Virus record (IMG/VR): IMGVR_UViG_3300025362_000005
Coordinates: 26,241 to 90,240 of that record
Length of the DNA: 64,000 nt
Direction: 5' to 3' (one strand)
Origin: a virus
Positions 18,793 through 27,750 of this stretch are shown one piece after another. The notes under the pieces were generated by a model. The model made no database searches. It saw nothing but the letters and a program-made list of their open reading frames with translations, and had not been told where the DNA came from. The position numbers were made by a program, and so were the translations under genes. Positions within the stretch are counted from its first letter, which is position 1; every line of letters begins with the position of its first letter.

Positions 18793-18840
18793 AATTTCTC
18801 CTATTTCATATAGTTATAATTAACTATTACTAGCTTTAAT

Positions 18841-19005
18841 CTACTTTAAACCCTGTTCCTGTGCGAGAGTTGTTAGCCCATAATCAGTATAATTTCCATA
18901 AAATGTATATGCTCTGAAATTCTCCTCATACTGGAACACTTTTCATGTCCCATTATTGTACTCTACTCTAAACCCATTTTCTTCTAATAACTCAACTGTT
19001 TTCAT
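18841..19005 (-). pseudogene. small ORF interrupted by an in-frame TGA
   Basis: MKTVELLEENGFRVEYNNGT*KVFQYEENF...LK*; TGA at 18943-18945. Confidence 0.4.
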
Positions 19006-19507
19006 TTTGTTACCTCTTTTAGTGTCACTTCAAGATTATAATATTCTCTGCGTAGTGCTTCAGCACGTTCATGTGCATCATACAATCCAATAATTGTAGC
19101 CACTTTCTTATTATCTAAATAAATGTCATATGTTTTATTCATAATCATTACCCCTTTCTAGCTCATGTACTTTGTCCTCTAATACATCATTACTCCCCCA
19201 TACTGTAGTATGGCCATCAACACAATGGCGTTCAACCCACTTTGCTAAAATGTTTATTGCAAGTTCATCCATTACCAACCACTCCCCTCTAAATCCTCTA
19301 TACATTCTTGTAGATAATCTACTTTTTCTTCTAACCCTTTAATCTCTTTTTCATATGCTTCATGAATTTCCATAGCAAGCATTTCCAGATCAACAACTCT
19401 AACTTATTTTAAGTTTAACACATCACAGCTACCCCACGTTACACTACTGCCATTATATGCGTTCCACTGTATCCACTGTCTTACACGTTTTACTGCTTTG
19501 TTTAAAA

Positions 19508-19708
19508 TCATTTCGTTTTCTCCAAATAGTTTTTTGCAATTTTTACACATTCTGCATCCGTTTCTGAAGTATAAAGGGTAACATCACAATAAGCAGAGCA
19601 TGGACATTCATTCAGTGTGTCTTCTTCACACATCAAACCCGTTACTATCCCACTAAAACAATTACCATTTAATTCAATTAATAATTCTGCCTTTTCTTTT
19701 TTATTCAT
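19508..19708 (-). CDS. small Cys-rich protein
   Basis: Resembles the N-terminus of 345..1439. Confidence 0.6.
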   Translation of the reverse strand: MNKKEKAELLIELNGNCFSGIVTGLMCEEDTLNECPCSAYCDVTLYTSETDAECVKIAKNYLEKTK

Positions 19709-19725
19709 TAATTACTCCTTACTAC

Positions 19726-19754
19726 ATAGTATCTTACTTTGCGATTATTGTCAA
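19726..19754 (-). promoter_or_regulatory. sigma70-type promoter
   Basis: TTGACA-17bp-TACTAT. Confidence 0.65.
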
Positions 19755-19876
19755 ACATAACTCGTGCAATTACTTTGTTTTCACTATTTATATGCAGTAG
19801 CAGGTCGTGAGTAGCTTGTACGGGTTTATTAAAACAGTTACAGATGAAGGTTTGATAAGTTTTTTTGTTTACTTGT

Positions 19877-20164
19877 TTAAGACTCATTTTGTACCTCTAA
19901 ATTTAATACAGTGATTAATGATCTGTGCTGTCCCACTGTGTATTGACTAAAACCTGTCGGTACTGGTTTATCCCATCCATTTCTTCGTGCTTCGCTTACT
20001 GAGCTAAACAAATTAGCGCGGTGCATTAAATGAGCTAGTACAAGTTTGTCAAAGGGATTATACACCATTGTTACTTGCCCATTGTCTACAGGAGATAAAA
20101 ACAAGTCTATGTCTGCTTGATTTGTACCCGTTTTAATAAAATTAATATCTATTCTACCATTCAT
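19877..20164 (-). CDS. protein with S4-like RNA-binding motif
   Basis: LAHLMHRANLFSSVSEARRNG..TVG; start at ATG 20164. Confidence 0.55.
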   Translation of the reverse strand: MNGRIDINFIKTGTNQADIDLFLSPVDNGQVTMVYNPFDKLVLAHLMHRANLFSSVSEARRNGWDKPVPTGFSQYTVGQHRSLITVLNLEVQNES

Positions 20165-20397
20165 GATTGTTTCTCCAATAAAGCTATAAGCCAAGTGACA
20201 AACTCCGGTTTATAAAATACGTGGTGTGCTTCACATATCCATACAGTTTGCGTAGCACTTTTATTTGTAGCTTCAAGATATTGTTGTGTATAAGATTCCA
20301 TATTATTAAAATCTCTGTCTTCTGTGTAAATCTCATAATCATTTTTGTTTAATGCTCTCATCAGTTCAATTACTTTGTTTTCCTGTTCTTTTGTCAT
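20161..20397 (-). CDS. hypothetical protein
   Basis: AGGAG RBS. Confidence 0.55.
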   Translation of the reverse strand: MTKEQENKVIELMRALNKNDYEIYTEDRDFNNMESYTQQYLEATNKSATQTVWICEAHHVFYKPEFVTWLIALLEKQS

Positions 20398-20406
20398 GAT
20401 AAACTC

Positions 20407-20631
20407 CTATATAACTTCTAATACATACCCAATTGATAATAATTCATTGTATAAACTATAATATTCTCGTGGTGATACGGTTTCTAGCTCAGTTATTAAA
20501 TTTACATCTGCACCTCCGTGTTGCCCTACGTGCTGATATGATTCTATAAAAATGTTATTAGTAATAACTTCTGGAAATAATGCTATGACATCACCTTCTG
20601 GAAATTTACGGAAACATACTTTTGTTTTCAT
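20407..20631 (-). CDS. conserved small phage early protein
   Basis: FRKFPEGDVIALFPE..SYQHVGQHG; start at ATG 20631. Confidence 0.65.
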   Translation of the reverse strand: MKTKVCFRKFPEGDVIALFPEVITNNIFIESYQHVGQHGGADVNLITELETVSPREYYSLYNELLSIGYVLEVI

Positions 20632-20810
20632 AATTCTCTCCCACACATAGGACAATAATTAATAGCAACTTTTACTTGTATGCTCCTATTAGAATTCAAT
20701 AACAACAAAGTAGAATCTAAGGTTATATTATAGCCACAGATATTTTCAAAGCTACTTAATATATCTTTATCTGCTACTGTTATTTCTGTACTATTACAAT
20801 ATTTACACAT
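20628..20810 (-). CDS. small Zn-ribbon protein
   Basis: MCKYC...INYCPMCGREL. Confidence 0.7.
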   Translation of the reverse strand: MCKYCNSTEITVADKDILSSFENICGYNITLDSTLLLLNSNRSIQVKVAINYCPMCGREL

Positions 20811-20812
20811 AA

Positions 20813-21043
20813 TTATATCCTTTTTAAGTTGTTAAAATCTCTGATATTACCCTTACACCATTTTTCAGCAACACGCTCAATACTAGCTCTAATTATAGTT
20901 GACTTGCTCTCGTTGCCTATGTCAACTGCACCGCTAAGATATATATGGTTTAATTCTTCAATAATTTCATCACCTATATTTTTTAATCGTGCTGTATAAA
21001 TTTTCTGATCTTCTTCACAAATTCTGTCTGTAAATTTTGTCAT
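20813..21043 (-). CDS. hypothetical protein
   Basis: GAGGAG RBS. Confidence 0.55.
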   Translation of the reverse strand: MTKFTDRICEEDQKIYTARLKNIGDEIIEELNHIYLSGAVDIGNESKSTIIRASIERVAEKWCKGNIRDFNNLKRI

Positions 21044-21222
21044 GATAAACTCCTCTGTTAATTTAATTAAAATATCCGTATAGTTACACTGTGCTAAGTT
21101 ATTAACACAGTGTATTAATATAGTTATTCAAACGGTAAATTAGGGCATGATAGCACCTCCTATTTAAATCACTTTGCAATCTATTTAGCATCATGTATTC
21201 AAATTTCTGCATAATATACCCC

Positions 21223-21657
21223 TTAATTATCGTAACTTAATACAATTGCTTTGGCTTCTCTCAATGCACTAAGCATCAACGGGTTTTTATTTACTTCTTC
21301 AATACTTATTCCCAAGCTATCAAGCGTGTCTGTCAAGTCATAAGTAACACAAAATTCGTGATTAGCTAATTCGTATGTGAACATATCCAACATATAACCT
21401 GTTCCAGTTTTATCATTTTCAATAGCTTGTGATTTTTCAGTGTGAAAACGTTCAAAAGTATCATGTATTACTTTGCTGTCGGTTTTTAAATAGAAACTTC
21501 CTGCAATACCACGTACCAATTTATCTTTGCAGTTTTCTGTTGTTAAATTCATTTCAGCAAGTGCTTTTTTGAATTGGTCATTATTAAAAGCGAAGTGCAT
21601 TGGTAGGGCGTTCATTTCTTTTTCTTGTCTGTTTCTTAATTCACTGTATTTATTCAT
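21223..21657 (-). CDS. conserved phage protein
   Basis: FAFNNDQF..YELANHE..DTLDSLG. Confidence 0.7.
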   Translation of the reverse strand: MNKYSELRNRQEKEMNALPMHFAFNNDQFKKALAEMNLTTENCKDKLVRGIAGSFYLKTDSKVIHDTFERFHTEKSQAIENDKTGTGYMLDMFTYELANHEFCVTYDLTDTLDSLGISIEEVNKNPLMLSALREAKAIVLSYDN

Positions 21658-21687
21658 TTGTTACTCCCTTAAATTTGTTTATACTCT

Positions 21688-21715
21688 ATTATAACATACT
21701 GACAACTGGTGTCAA
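21688..21715 (-). promoter_or_regulatory. sigma70-type promoter
   Basis: TTGACA-16bp-TATAAT with extended -10 TG. Confidence 0.7.
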
Positions 21716-21720
21716 GCTTT

Positions 21721-22059
21721 TTATTCTCCAATATGCCATATCCTATAACTATCTTCATAATCGTGTAATTCAAGAGCTAAATTATAGTCAGTATAGTGTA
21801 CACCATGTAAGTCATTTTCAGCATAATCTGGTAGATTCACCCAACTACTATTAGTCATTATAAAATCACCTAAATAATATATGCTATGACTAGTTTTTAT
21901 AAACTTACCACATATTAATTCTGTGTCATCATCATCATAATCATAATTAGCAAACTCCTGTTGATAAATTTGCTCTGATTTTGTTAAGTCATCCCATGTA
22001 TAAAACTCAACAAATTTCCCGTTGCTAGTAGCTGATAAGTTATTAATATTTTTCTTCAT
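21721..22059 (-). CDS. acidic early protein
   Basis: WDDLTKSEQ..YDYDDDD. Confidence 0.6.
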   Translation of the reverse strand: MKKNINNLSATSNGKFVEFYTWDDLTKSEQIYQQEFANYDYDDDDTELICGKFIKTSHSIYYLGDFIMTNSSWVNLPDYAENDLHGVHYTDYNLALELHDYEDSYRIWHIGE

Positions 22060-22411
22060 TTTCTGTGTCCTCTATATAATTCATCCATAATAAAGCTTGT
22101 AATGCTGTTTTATCACTAAGCATAACGGCCTTTCCAGCACTATCATCTTCATTCATAGCGCGTGAAGCTTCCCAAAAATCAATATATATTGACTTGTTAT
22201 CATCGTTATTTAATCCACTTTCAATAAGTTTATTACGGTATAAGTTACCAAGATAATCAGCAATGGCATATTTACTATGAGTAAACTCTAGCCATTCAAT
22301 TTCCCATGCTGTTAATTCATAATGACAATAACCACTTTCAAATTGTAAGTTATACATTTTTTCATCATCATGAAACATTTCTAATACTTCTTTACTTGTG
22401 TAAATTCTCAT
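22043..22411 (-). CDS. hypothetical early protein
   Basis: GGGAG RBS. Confidence 0.6.
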   Translation of the reverse strand: MRIYTSKEVLEMFHDDEKMYNLQFESGYCHYELTAWEIEWLEFTHSKYAIADYLGNLYRNKLIESGLNNDDNKSIYIDFWEASRAMNEDDSAGKAVMLSDKTALQALLWMNYIEDTENEEKY

Positions 22412-22512
22412 TACATACTCCCTTTTAAATTTGTTTCTAAGCCATGAGGATTGCGTGTAAGCTCATAACTTTAGAAAGCTATAGAACTATACCACTAACT
22501 TGTTTAAATAGC

Positions 22513-22713
22513 TTACAGTTCGTTTATATAAAAATCTTCAGGTTTCTCATTCATAGTAACGTTATCAGCCCACGTCAGAAAACAACAACAACTATTATTG
22601 GGAGTACACTTAATCATGTAACCTGCTTTTCCGAGTATTACTTGATAGTTGTCATTTTTCCAGTGTACAATCATACCTTTATTTACTGCATCTTTAATTT
22701 CTTGTAAGTTCAT
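22513..22713 (-). CDS. conserved small phage early protein
   Basis: MNLQEIKDAV..VHWKNDNYQVI..EDFY. Confidence 0.65.
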   Translation of the reverse strand: MNLQEIKDAVNKGMIVHWKNDNYQVILGKAGYMIKCTPNNSCCCFLTWADNVTMNEKPEDFYINEL

Positions 22714-22739
22714 TTGTTACTCCTCTAAATGTTTAAGTA

Positions 22740-22768
22740 ATTATAACATAGCACTAGGTACTAATCAA
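22740..22768 (-). promoter_or_regulatory. sigma70-type promoter
   Basis: TTGATT-17bp-TATAAT. Confidence 0.65.
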
Positions 22769-23024
22769 GAATTATTTCAATATTTTTATGGATTTGTTTC
22801 CATGTTATATGAGACTGCCAGTAATCGCGTAATGATGAGATATGAATAATTACAAAATTAGGGAATCCGCGTTTACTCATGCACTCTATAGTTGATTGCA
22901 TATGCTTTTGTATGTTTTCACGGCCATCTAATTGTAATATGTGACAACTACCGCATGGTGCAATATAAAAATGTTCTCCAGTTGTGTCTATTCTTTCATC
23001 TAATCCTACTGCGTAAGTTTTCAT
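22761..23024 (-). CDS. hypothetical early protein
   Basis: AAGGAG RBS. Confidence 0.55.
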   Translation of the reverse strand: MKTYAVGLDERIDTTGEHFYIAPCGSCHILQLDGRENIQKHMQSTIECMSKRGFPNFVIIHISSLRDYWQSHITWKQIHKNIEIILD

Positions 23025-23036
23025 TATTTACTCCTT

Positions 23037-23237
23037 TTATTTACATGCGTATGCTAGGATTGACGCATCAACCCCACAAAAAACACTTATTGAACCATCT
23101 GCGTATTCGAAACTAGTTGTTTCGTTTTCATAATCTTGTTTATAAGCATCAGCAATTTCAGAAGTTTCAATCAGTAATTCCGTGAAACTCATTCTTTTTT
23201 GACTGTATGCCAGTGTTGTCTGTTCTGCTCTGTTCAT
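23037..23237 (-). CDS. hypothetical early protein
   Basis: AAGGAG RBS. Confidence 0.55.
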   Translation of the reverse strand: MNRAEQTTLAYSQKRMSFTELLIETSEIADAYKQDYENETTSFEYADGSISVFCGVDASILAYACK

Positions 23238-23238
23238 T

Positions 23239-23430
23239 TTATACGCTCCTTATTAGTGTAGTAATATTTATATGACCATTGTTGTAATCTTCTATTAAGT
23301 GTTGATGTTTTAAAGCAGTAATTATTTCATTAGGAGTCATAGCCATATTAAATAAGACATAACATTCATTCAATTTCAATTGATCATTTGCAATTGCATA
23401 CAAGTCATTAGCACTTTTATTTTCTTTCAT
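23239..23430 (-). CDS. hypothetical early protein
   Basis: AGGGG RBS. Confidence 0.55.
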   Translation of the reverse strand: MKENKSANDLYAIANDQLKLNECYVLFNMAMTPNEIITALKHQHLIEDYNNGHINITTLIRSV

Positions 23431-23442
23431 TTTGTAACCCCT

Positions 23443-23661
23443 TTATATATCATATTCGCAAGTAAATACTAGTAATACATATTTGTGTATAACCTCTTTA
23501 GGAATATCAACACAATAACTTTGTTTTATATTTGATACTATGCAAGGTATTAAATATTCTTTTAGCCATATGTCTTTAATTTCACTTGTTACATCTAGAA
23601 ATGCCTTTTTCATTTTCTCTATTGTTTCCATTGTAAACTCCTTATTAATTAAGTATATCAC
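23443..23661 (-). CDS. hypothetical early protein (probable start at METIEK)
   Basis: AAGGAG RBS precedes the internal ATG. Confidence 0.5.
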   Translation of the reverse strand: MIYLINKEFTMETIEKMKKAFLDVTSEIKDIWLKEYLIPCIVSNIKQSYCVDIPKEVIHKYVLLVFTCEYDI

Positions 23662-23680
23662 AGTACTATGTACTATGCAA
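23652..23680 (-). promoter_or_regulatory. sigma70-type promoter
   Basis: TTGCAT-17bp-TATACT. Confidence 0.6.
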
Positions 23681-24110
23681 GCTTTAAATCTTTTTTAGTT
23701 TTAATCTTTTTATAACCATGCTTATTTTCTATGTCAATAAGTGTGCATTTACTATAAGTATTTCTTTTACGTGTTCCAGTATATACCCAAGCTTTATGCT
23801 TAGAACTAAACCAAAAACCTAAAGTCTTTAAATAGTCTTTGTCATTATATGCATTGAAACAGTAAACCCATGTTCCAATAATTTCTATAGTTATATCTAG
23901 CTTGATAATTTTAGAAAGTATAATCATGTAAGTGTCAGTAAATTCAGTAAAATGTTCATAAGAGTAGTTTTTTATAGCCGTTTCATATTGATTATTGAGT
24001 GTTTTAAAGTCTTCTGCATTCCCGCCAGTGTCGGGGTGCAGTTTTATGGATAGTGTTCTATAAGTTTTTTTAATATCCTCTATAGTACGGCAATTGCTAA
24101 AATAATTCAT
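23673..24110 (-). CDS. J-domain (DnaJ-like) protein
   Basis: IKKTYRTLSIKLHPDTGG..FKTLNNQYE; C-terminal KDYLKTLGFWF..KAW domain. Confidence 0.85.
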   Translation of the reverse strand: MNYFSNCRTIEDIKKTYRTLSIKLHPDTGGNAEDFKTLNNQYETAIKNYSYEHFTEFTDTYMIILSKIIKLDITIEIIGTWVYCFNAYNDKDYLKTLGFWFSSKHKAWVYTGTRKRNTYSKCTLIDIENKHGYKKIKTKKDLKLA

Positions 24111-24329
24111 AATAAACCCCTTAAATTGTTATAAGTAATTATTGTGTTACTTTATTAAAAATGTATTGCTCATGTTCTGGTGTCAGTTTATAGCCATAAT
24201 CCTGTAAGTTATCGCTACAAGTAGTTATAAAACTTAATCCAAAACACAATGCGGTATCTATAGAATCGTCAATAATTATTTGCTCTTGTTTAGTCATAAT
24301 AAACCCCTTAAATTGTTATAAGTAATTAT
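24107..24329. repeat. 36-bp direct repeat pair (24107-24142, 24294-24329)
   Basis: tcataataaaccccttaaattgttataagtaattat twice, flanking one small ORF. Confidence 0.9.
24139..24297 (-). CDS. small hypothetical protein (52 aa, not in ORF track)
   Basis: MTKQEQIIIDDSIDTALCFG...; start and stop lie in the flanking repeats. Confidence 0.6.
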   Translation of the reverse strand: MTKQEQIIIDDSIDTALCFGLSFITTCSDNLQDYGYKLTPEHEQYIFNKVTQ

Positions 24330-24353
24330 AAACCCTAGTAGTTGGGTTGTCAA
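24325..24353 (-). promoter_or_regulatory. consensus sigma70 promoter
   Basis: TTGACA-17bp-TATAAT. Confidence 0.85.
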
Positions 24354-24397
24354 GTAAAATGTACTGTATATAGTAAAATAAATAAAATAATGTAAGT

Positions 24398-24680
24398 AGT
24401 AAGTTTGTGCATATAAGTAAACCAGTAAGTTTTTATGTATTACTTACACTATGTAAGTATGATAAGTAACAGAAATAAATAATAAGAAATAAGGCAATAA
24501 GTAAGTTTTTATGTATTACTTACACTATGTAAGTATGATAAGTAACAGAAATAAATAATAAGAAATAAGGCAATAAGTAAGTTTTTGCGTGTATAATGGT
24601 CAATAAGTAAGTTTTTGCGTGTGCTTAAAATTATAAAGGTATACTATATAAGCAATAAGCTTTTGAGCGTGTAAGTTTTT
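24398..24680. repeat. tandem repeats: 2x76 bp (24424, 24500), 30-bp period (24576, 24606), recurring GTAAGTTT
   Basis: Direct reading of the sequence. Confidence 0.9.
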
Positions 24681-24691
24681 GGGTAGCCTGC

Positions 24692-24817
24692 CAACCGTAC
24701 GTAATAGCGTACGGTTGCTTAAAATTGCCCTTTTTGGGAGTATAGTCCTACTTTTAGCCTATTTATAGCACTATTCTGTCAATTATGTGTAATAGTTTTA
24801 TTGACAGAATAGTGCTA
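24692..24817. terminator. two perfect inverted repeats (10 bp 24692-24717; 18 bp 24766-24817)
   Basis: caaccgtacg/cgtacggttg; tagcactattctgtcaat/attgacagaatagtgcta just after the stop of 24823..25083. Confidence 0.55.
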
Positions 24818-24822
24818 GTTTT

Positions 24823-25083
24823 TTAATCTTCAATAAAATCTATAATATCCATATATGGATAGAGTGCCAAAAGCATGCAATCATCATAGCAGAAATTATC
24901 CTGGTTATATAATATTGTTACTTCCTGCATTAAATGTAAATATTCGTAGTCTTGCATAATAAAATTACTGTTGGTTACTGCTAAATAGTCAGCAGTAAAA
25001 TTGTTGTCAATTCTTTGGTTATTCTCTGCTAAGCTTAAACTCACATAAGTAATCATGGGTTGTTGTGCTTCTTTTAATGTCAT
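24823..25083 (-). CDS. hypothetical early protein
   Basis: AGAAGGAGC RBS shared with neighbours. Confidence 0.6.
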   Translation of the reverse strand: MTLKEAQQPMITYVSLSLAENNQRIDNNFTADYLAVTNSNFIMQDYEYLHLMQEVTILYNQDNFCYDDCMLLALYPYMDIIDFIED

Positions 25084-25098
25084 AATAATACGCTCCTT

Positions 25099-25473
25099 CT
25101 AAAATGTTTTTATAATAAACTCAGTTATTTGCTGTTTATGTACCTCATTCAAACACAACCTATATTTATTTACAGGGCTATTACAGTATGTTCTATCCAT
25201 ACTTGTTATAAACCAATCAGAGAAGTATTCCACCGTGAATTGTGTTGATTCAGGAATCCCACTATAGCGGTTAGGAAAGTGTTGTGCATGTACATCAACA
25301 ATTACTTTTATACCTTTCCAAGTACTTTTAGGTAGTAGTTTTGTAAGTTTTGACTCAATAGCTTCTATTGCAGATTGAATACTCATGGAATCAATTGTTC
25401 TGACTCTAGATTTTTTTTGAATTAAAGCAAGTTTTTCATTAATTTCTTGTGAGTTTGTTTTATTAATCTTCAT
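25099..25473 (-). CDS. conserved phage early protein
   Basis: Q..SRVRTI..AQHFPNRYSGIPESTQF. Confidence 0.7.
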   Translation of the reverse strand: MKINKTNSQEINEKLALIQKKSRVRTIDSMSIQSAIEAIESKLTKLLPKSTWKGIKVIVDVHAQHFPNRYSGIPESTQFTVEYFSDWFITSMDRTYCNSPVNKYRLCLNEVHKQQITEFIIKTF

Positions 25474-26090
25474 AATAATATGCTCCTTCTGGGAAAGTTT
25501 TTTAAAGCTATAATATAGCTGTACAACCCCACTATAGCGGTTATAATGGGGTAATATAGATATACTATAATAACAACATTAGTTTTTTTAGTACTTTCAT
25601 TGACGGCATGCCAAATGGATTCACATATAAGCGGGTTTTGTGTTGATGTATTATATCATTATTAAGTGTGTTTCTAAAATATGTCGTAAAATCACTTCTA
25701 TAGCCGTCAAGCTCAAGTGTGCTTTCAATAAATAGTATCTTATTCTCTTTATCGGGTGCATAGATGTTCATTACTGTAATATGTAAGTTATACCCAGTTT
25801 TGTTATTATGGGACAATAAACTAAAGAATTGCCGTTGCTCAATCCCTGTATCGTTATTAGGGGTGAATAAGTCGTCAAACATCGCAAGTATTTTTTTCTG
25901 TTTTTCTGTACAGAATTCAGTAAAAACCTCTTTACTACTGTGGTATAATTTTAAGCTGTTTACACTGTACTCCACTTTTAATTTAACATTTTTCATAATA
26001 ATATGCTCCTTCTGGGAAAGTTTTTAAAGCTATAATATAGCTGTACAACCCCACTATAGCGGTTATAATGGGGTAATATAGATATACTAT
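25469..26090. repeat. ~97-bp intergenic direct repeat pair (25469-25568, 25992-26090)
   Basis: Identical except one T; each runs from a stop codon to the next ATG. Confidence 0.92.
25565..25996 (-). CDS. hypothetical early protein
   Basis: Bounded by the 97-bp repeats. Confidence 0.65.
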   Translation of the reverse strand: MKNVKLKVEYSVNSLKLYHSSKEVFTEFCTEKQKKILAMFDDLFTPNNDTGIEQRQFFSLLSHNNKTGYNLHITVMNIYAPDKENKILFIESTLELDGYRSDFTTYFRNTLNNDIIHQHKTRLYVNPFGMPSMKVLKKLMLLL

Positions 26091-26494
26091 TTTATACACT
26101 TGTCAATTATCTGTTTCAGTTTATTACATGTTAGAGCACAAGTAGTGTCTTTAAATAAAGTTGTTGACATATCTTGATTGTTGTCTTTAATGTCAGAAAC
26201 TACCCGTATAGTGTGGATTAATCGTGTACGGTCTTTTGAAACGTGTAGCCAGTATTCTATGTATACTCTATCTCCATTATTTACGTAATCATAGTTGATA
26301 GAAATATCCACTCCATGCACTTTAGGAATATCATCATATGATAGCTTGGGAGTAATATGCACTTCTCTATTCTCAGTATCATAATAAGAAGTAAAACACT
26401 CAACTAACTTAATGTACTTTGCTGATAATATCGTATACATAGTACCTTTACTGACTTTATCCATACTAATATAATAAGTAATATTTTTTTCCAT
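26087..26494 (-). CDS. hypothetical early protein
   Basis: GGAG RBS. Confidence 0.6.
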   Translation of the reverse strand: MEKNITYYISMDKVSKGTMYTILSAKYIKLVECFTSYYDTENREVHITPKLSYDDIPKVHGVDISINYDYVNNGDRVYIEYWLHVSKDRTRLIHTIRVVSDIKDNNQDMSTTLFKDTTCALTCNKLKQIIDKCIK

Positions 26495-26684
26495 TTTTTC
26501 ACTCCATTTGTTGAGGTAAACCTCAATTTGTATAAATGCTTATTAAGCATTTAGTTATCACAAGTTTATAAAATTATACACCATAGTTGGTACTGATAAT
26601 TTTATAAGCTGTTGCGTTATACCTCAAAATAGGGTTGCTAAATTGAGGTATACATCGATATAGGTTATTTCTTGTTTAATCTAT

Positions 26685-26843
26685 TCATTTTATAGCCTCA
26701 ATTCTTTGCAATTCTACAAGCTCTTTTTTCCACTCAAGTAATAAATCATCTGCGTGGTACCCCGGGTGCGCATTATTAATTGTCGTCGTCAATTCTGCAA
26801 TACTTTTTTTCTTGTTATCGATTGCTCTTTTTATATCGTACAT
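26685..26843 (-). CDS. small hypothetical protein (52 aa, not in ORF track)
   Basis: MYDIKRAIDNKKKSIAEL...; ATG lies in the 60-bp repeat. Confidence 0.6.
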   Translation of the reverse strand: MYDIKRAIDNKKKSIAELTTTINNAHPGYHADDLLLEWKKELVELQRIEAIK

Positions 26844-27236
26844 ATTATCACTCCATTAATTGAAATATAGGCCGATTATACACCGGCCGTTATAGTTATA
26901 GTACTTCCCATGCTCCAGCGTTAAAATACTGAATGCTTGTCACTCCCAGATCGTACATGTAAAAATTAAGAGGCTGAAACGCGCGTTCGTTATTATAGTG
27001 ACTACACAAGCCGTACAGATAGACGTGGCCATCGTCATCTAATAACCTGAATCTATATATACATTGTTTCCTCATTTTAGCAGTCAATTCTTTTAATTCA
27101 GTACCCGTTTTACTCGTTCGTAGAAAAGTAAAACCATTGAATTCGCCATTGCAGATTACATCTTTCGTTATTATAAACATATTATCACTCCATTAATTGA
27201 AATATGGCCGATTATACACCGGCCGTTATAGTTATA
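26840..27236. repeat. ~60-bp intergenic direct repeat pair (26840-26900, 27177-27236)
   Basis: One-base indel only; contains ggccg/cggcc hairpin, stop codon, RBS and ATG. Confidence 0.92.
26896..27180 (-). CDS. conserved phage early protein
   Basis: FRLLDDDGHVYLYG..FQPL..GVTSIQY..WEVL. Confidence 0.7.
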   Translation of the reverse strand: MFIITKDVICNGEFNGFTFLRTSKTGTELKELTAKMRKQCIYRFRLLDDDGHVYLYGLCSHYNNERAFQPLNFYMYDLGVTSIQYFNAGAWEVL

Positions 27237-27390
27237 ACCAATTAACAGCATAGGAACTGTTTCTATGTAGAATTCTGTCAATTTCTGTATTGACATTTTC
27301 TATTGTTGATAGTGTGCAGCTATAGTGGTTATTTATAAAAATACTATAACCTTTTCCGAATCGCGCAGAATCCTTGTAAATGTTTATCAT
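27232..27390 (-). CDS. first leftward early protein
   Basis: GGGAG RBS, ATG 27390 (MINIYKDS). Confidence 0.55.
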   Translation of the reverse strand: MINIYKDSARFGKGYSIFINNHYSCTLSTIENVNTEIDRILHRNSSYAVNWL

Positions 27391-27483
27391 GGTATCACTC
27401 CCTAAAATAAAATAAATATACTGTACAGTATATAGAGTAGTACACAAATGTATACTTGTGTACTACTCAATAAACTGGTTTAT

Positions 27484-27614
27484 AAAATCCACTCCAATGA
27501 TGCCATGCACGGCTGAAACCGCTGGCCTAGGCGGTGGATTCTGATGAACCCGCGAGCGATATACACGCTCGACTATGAACCGCACGGATAATTTAATATT
27601 TCCGTTACCCACCC
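27484..27614 (-). ncRNA. putative structured RNA
   Basis: GC-rich island with three hairpins and a 31-nt periodic motif, just downstream of TGTTATAAT (27649-27657). Confidence 0.5.
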
Positions 27615-27750
27615 TAAACTATCAAAAAACATTGACACTCGTCTATTAATTATAACATACATATGGTAAAAATAGGTAAAAAACTTTATTTATTTTACGA
27701 TAGATATGTATAAAATTAGCCAGTAACAACAGTATTCTATTGTATTTTAT

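Noticed and set aside
18337-18823. Repetitive alternative-frame ORFs (ISIPE.., LISGM.., LRLA..)
   Set aside because: Shadows of the 15-bp pentapeptide repeat in 18028..18792
27508-27553. Hammerhead ribozyme (GAAA and CTGATGA on the plus strand)
   Set aside because: No room for stem I, the cleavage triplet would be GUG, and stem II does not form
27484-27614. tRNA gene
   Set aside because: GGTTCA-like motifs occur but there is no proper D, anticodon and T arm spacing; no tRNA was recognised anywhere in the window
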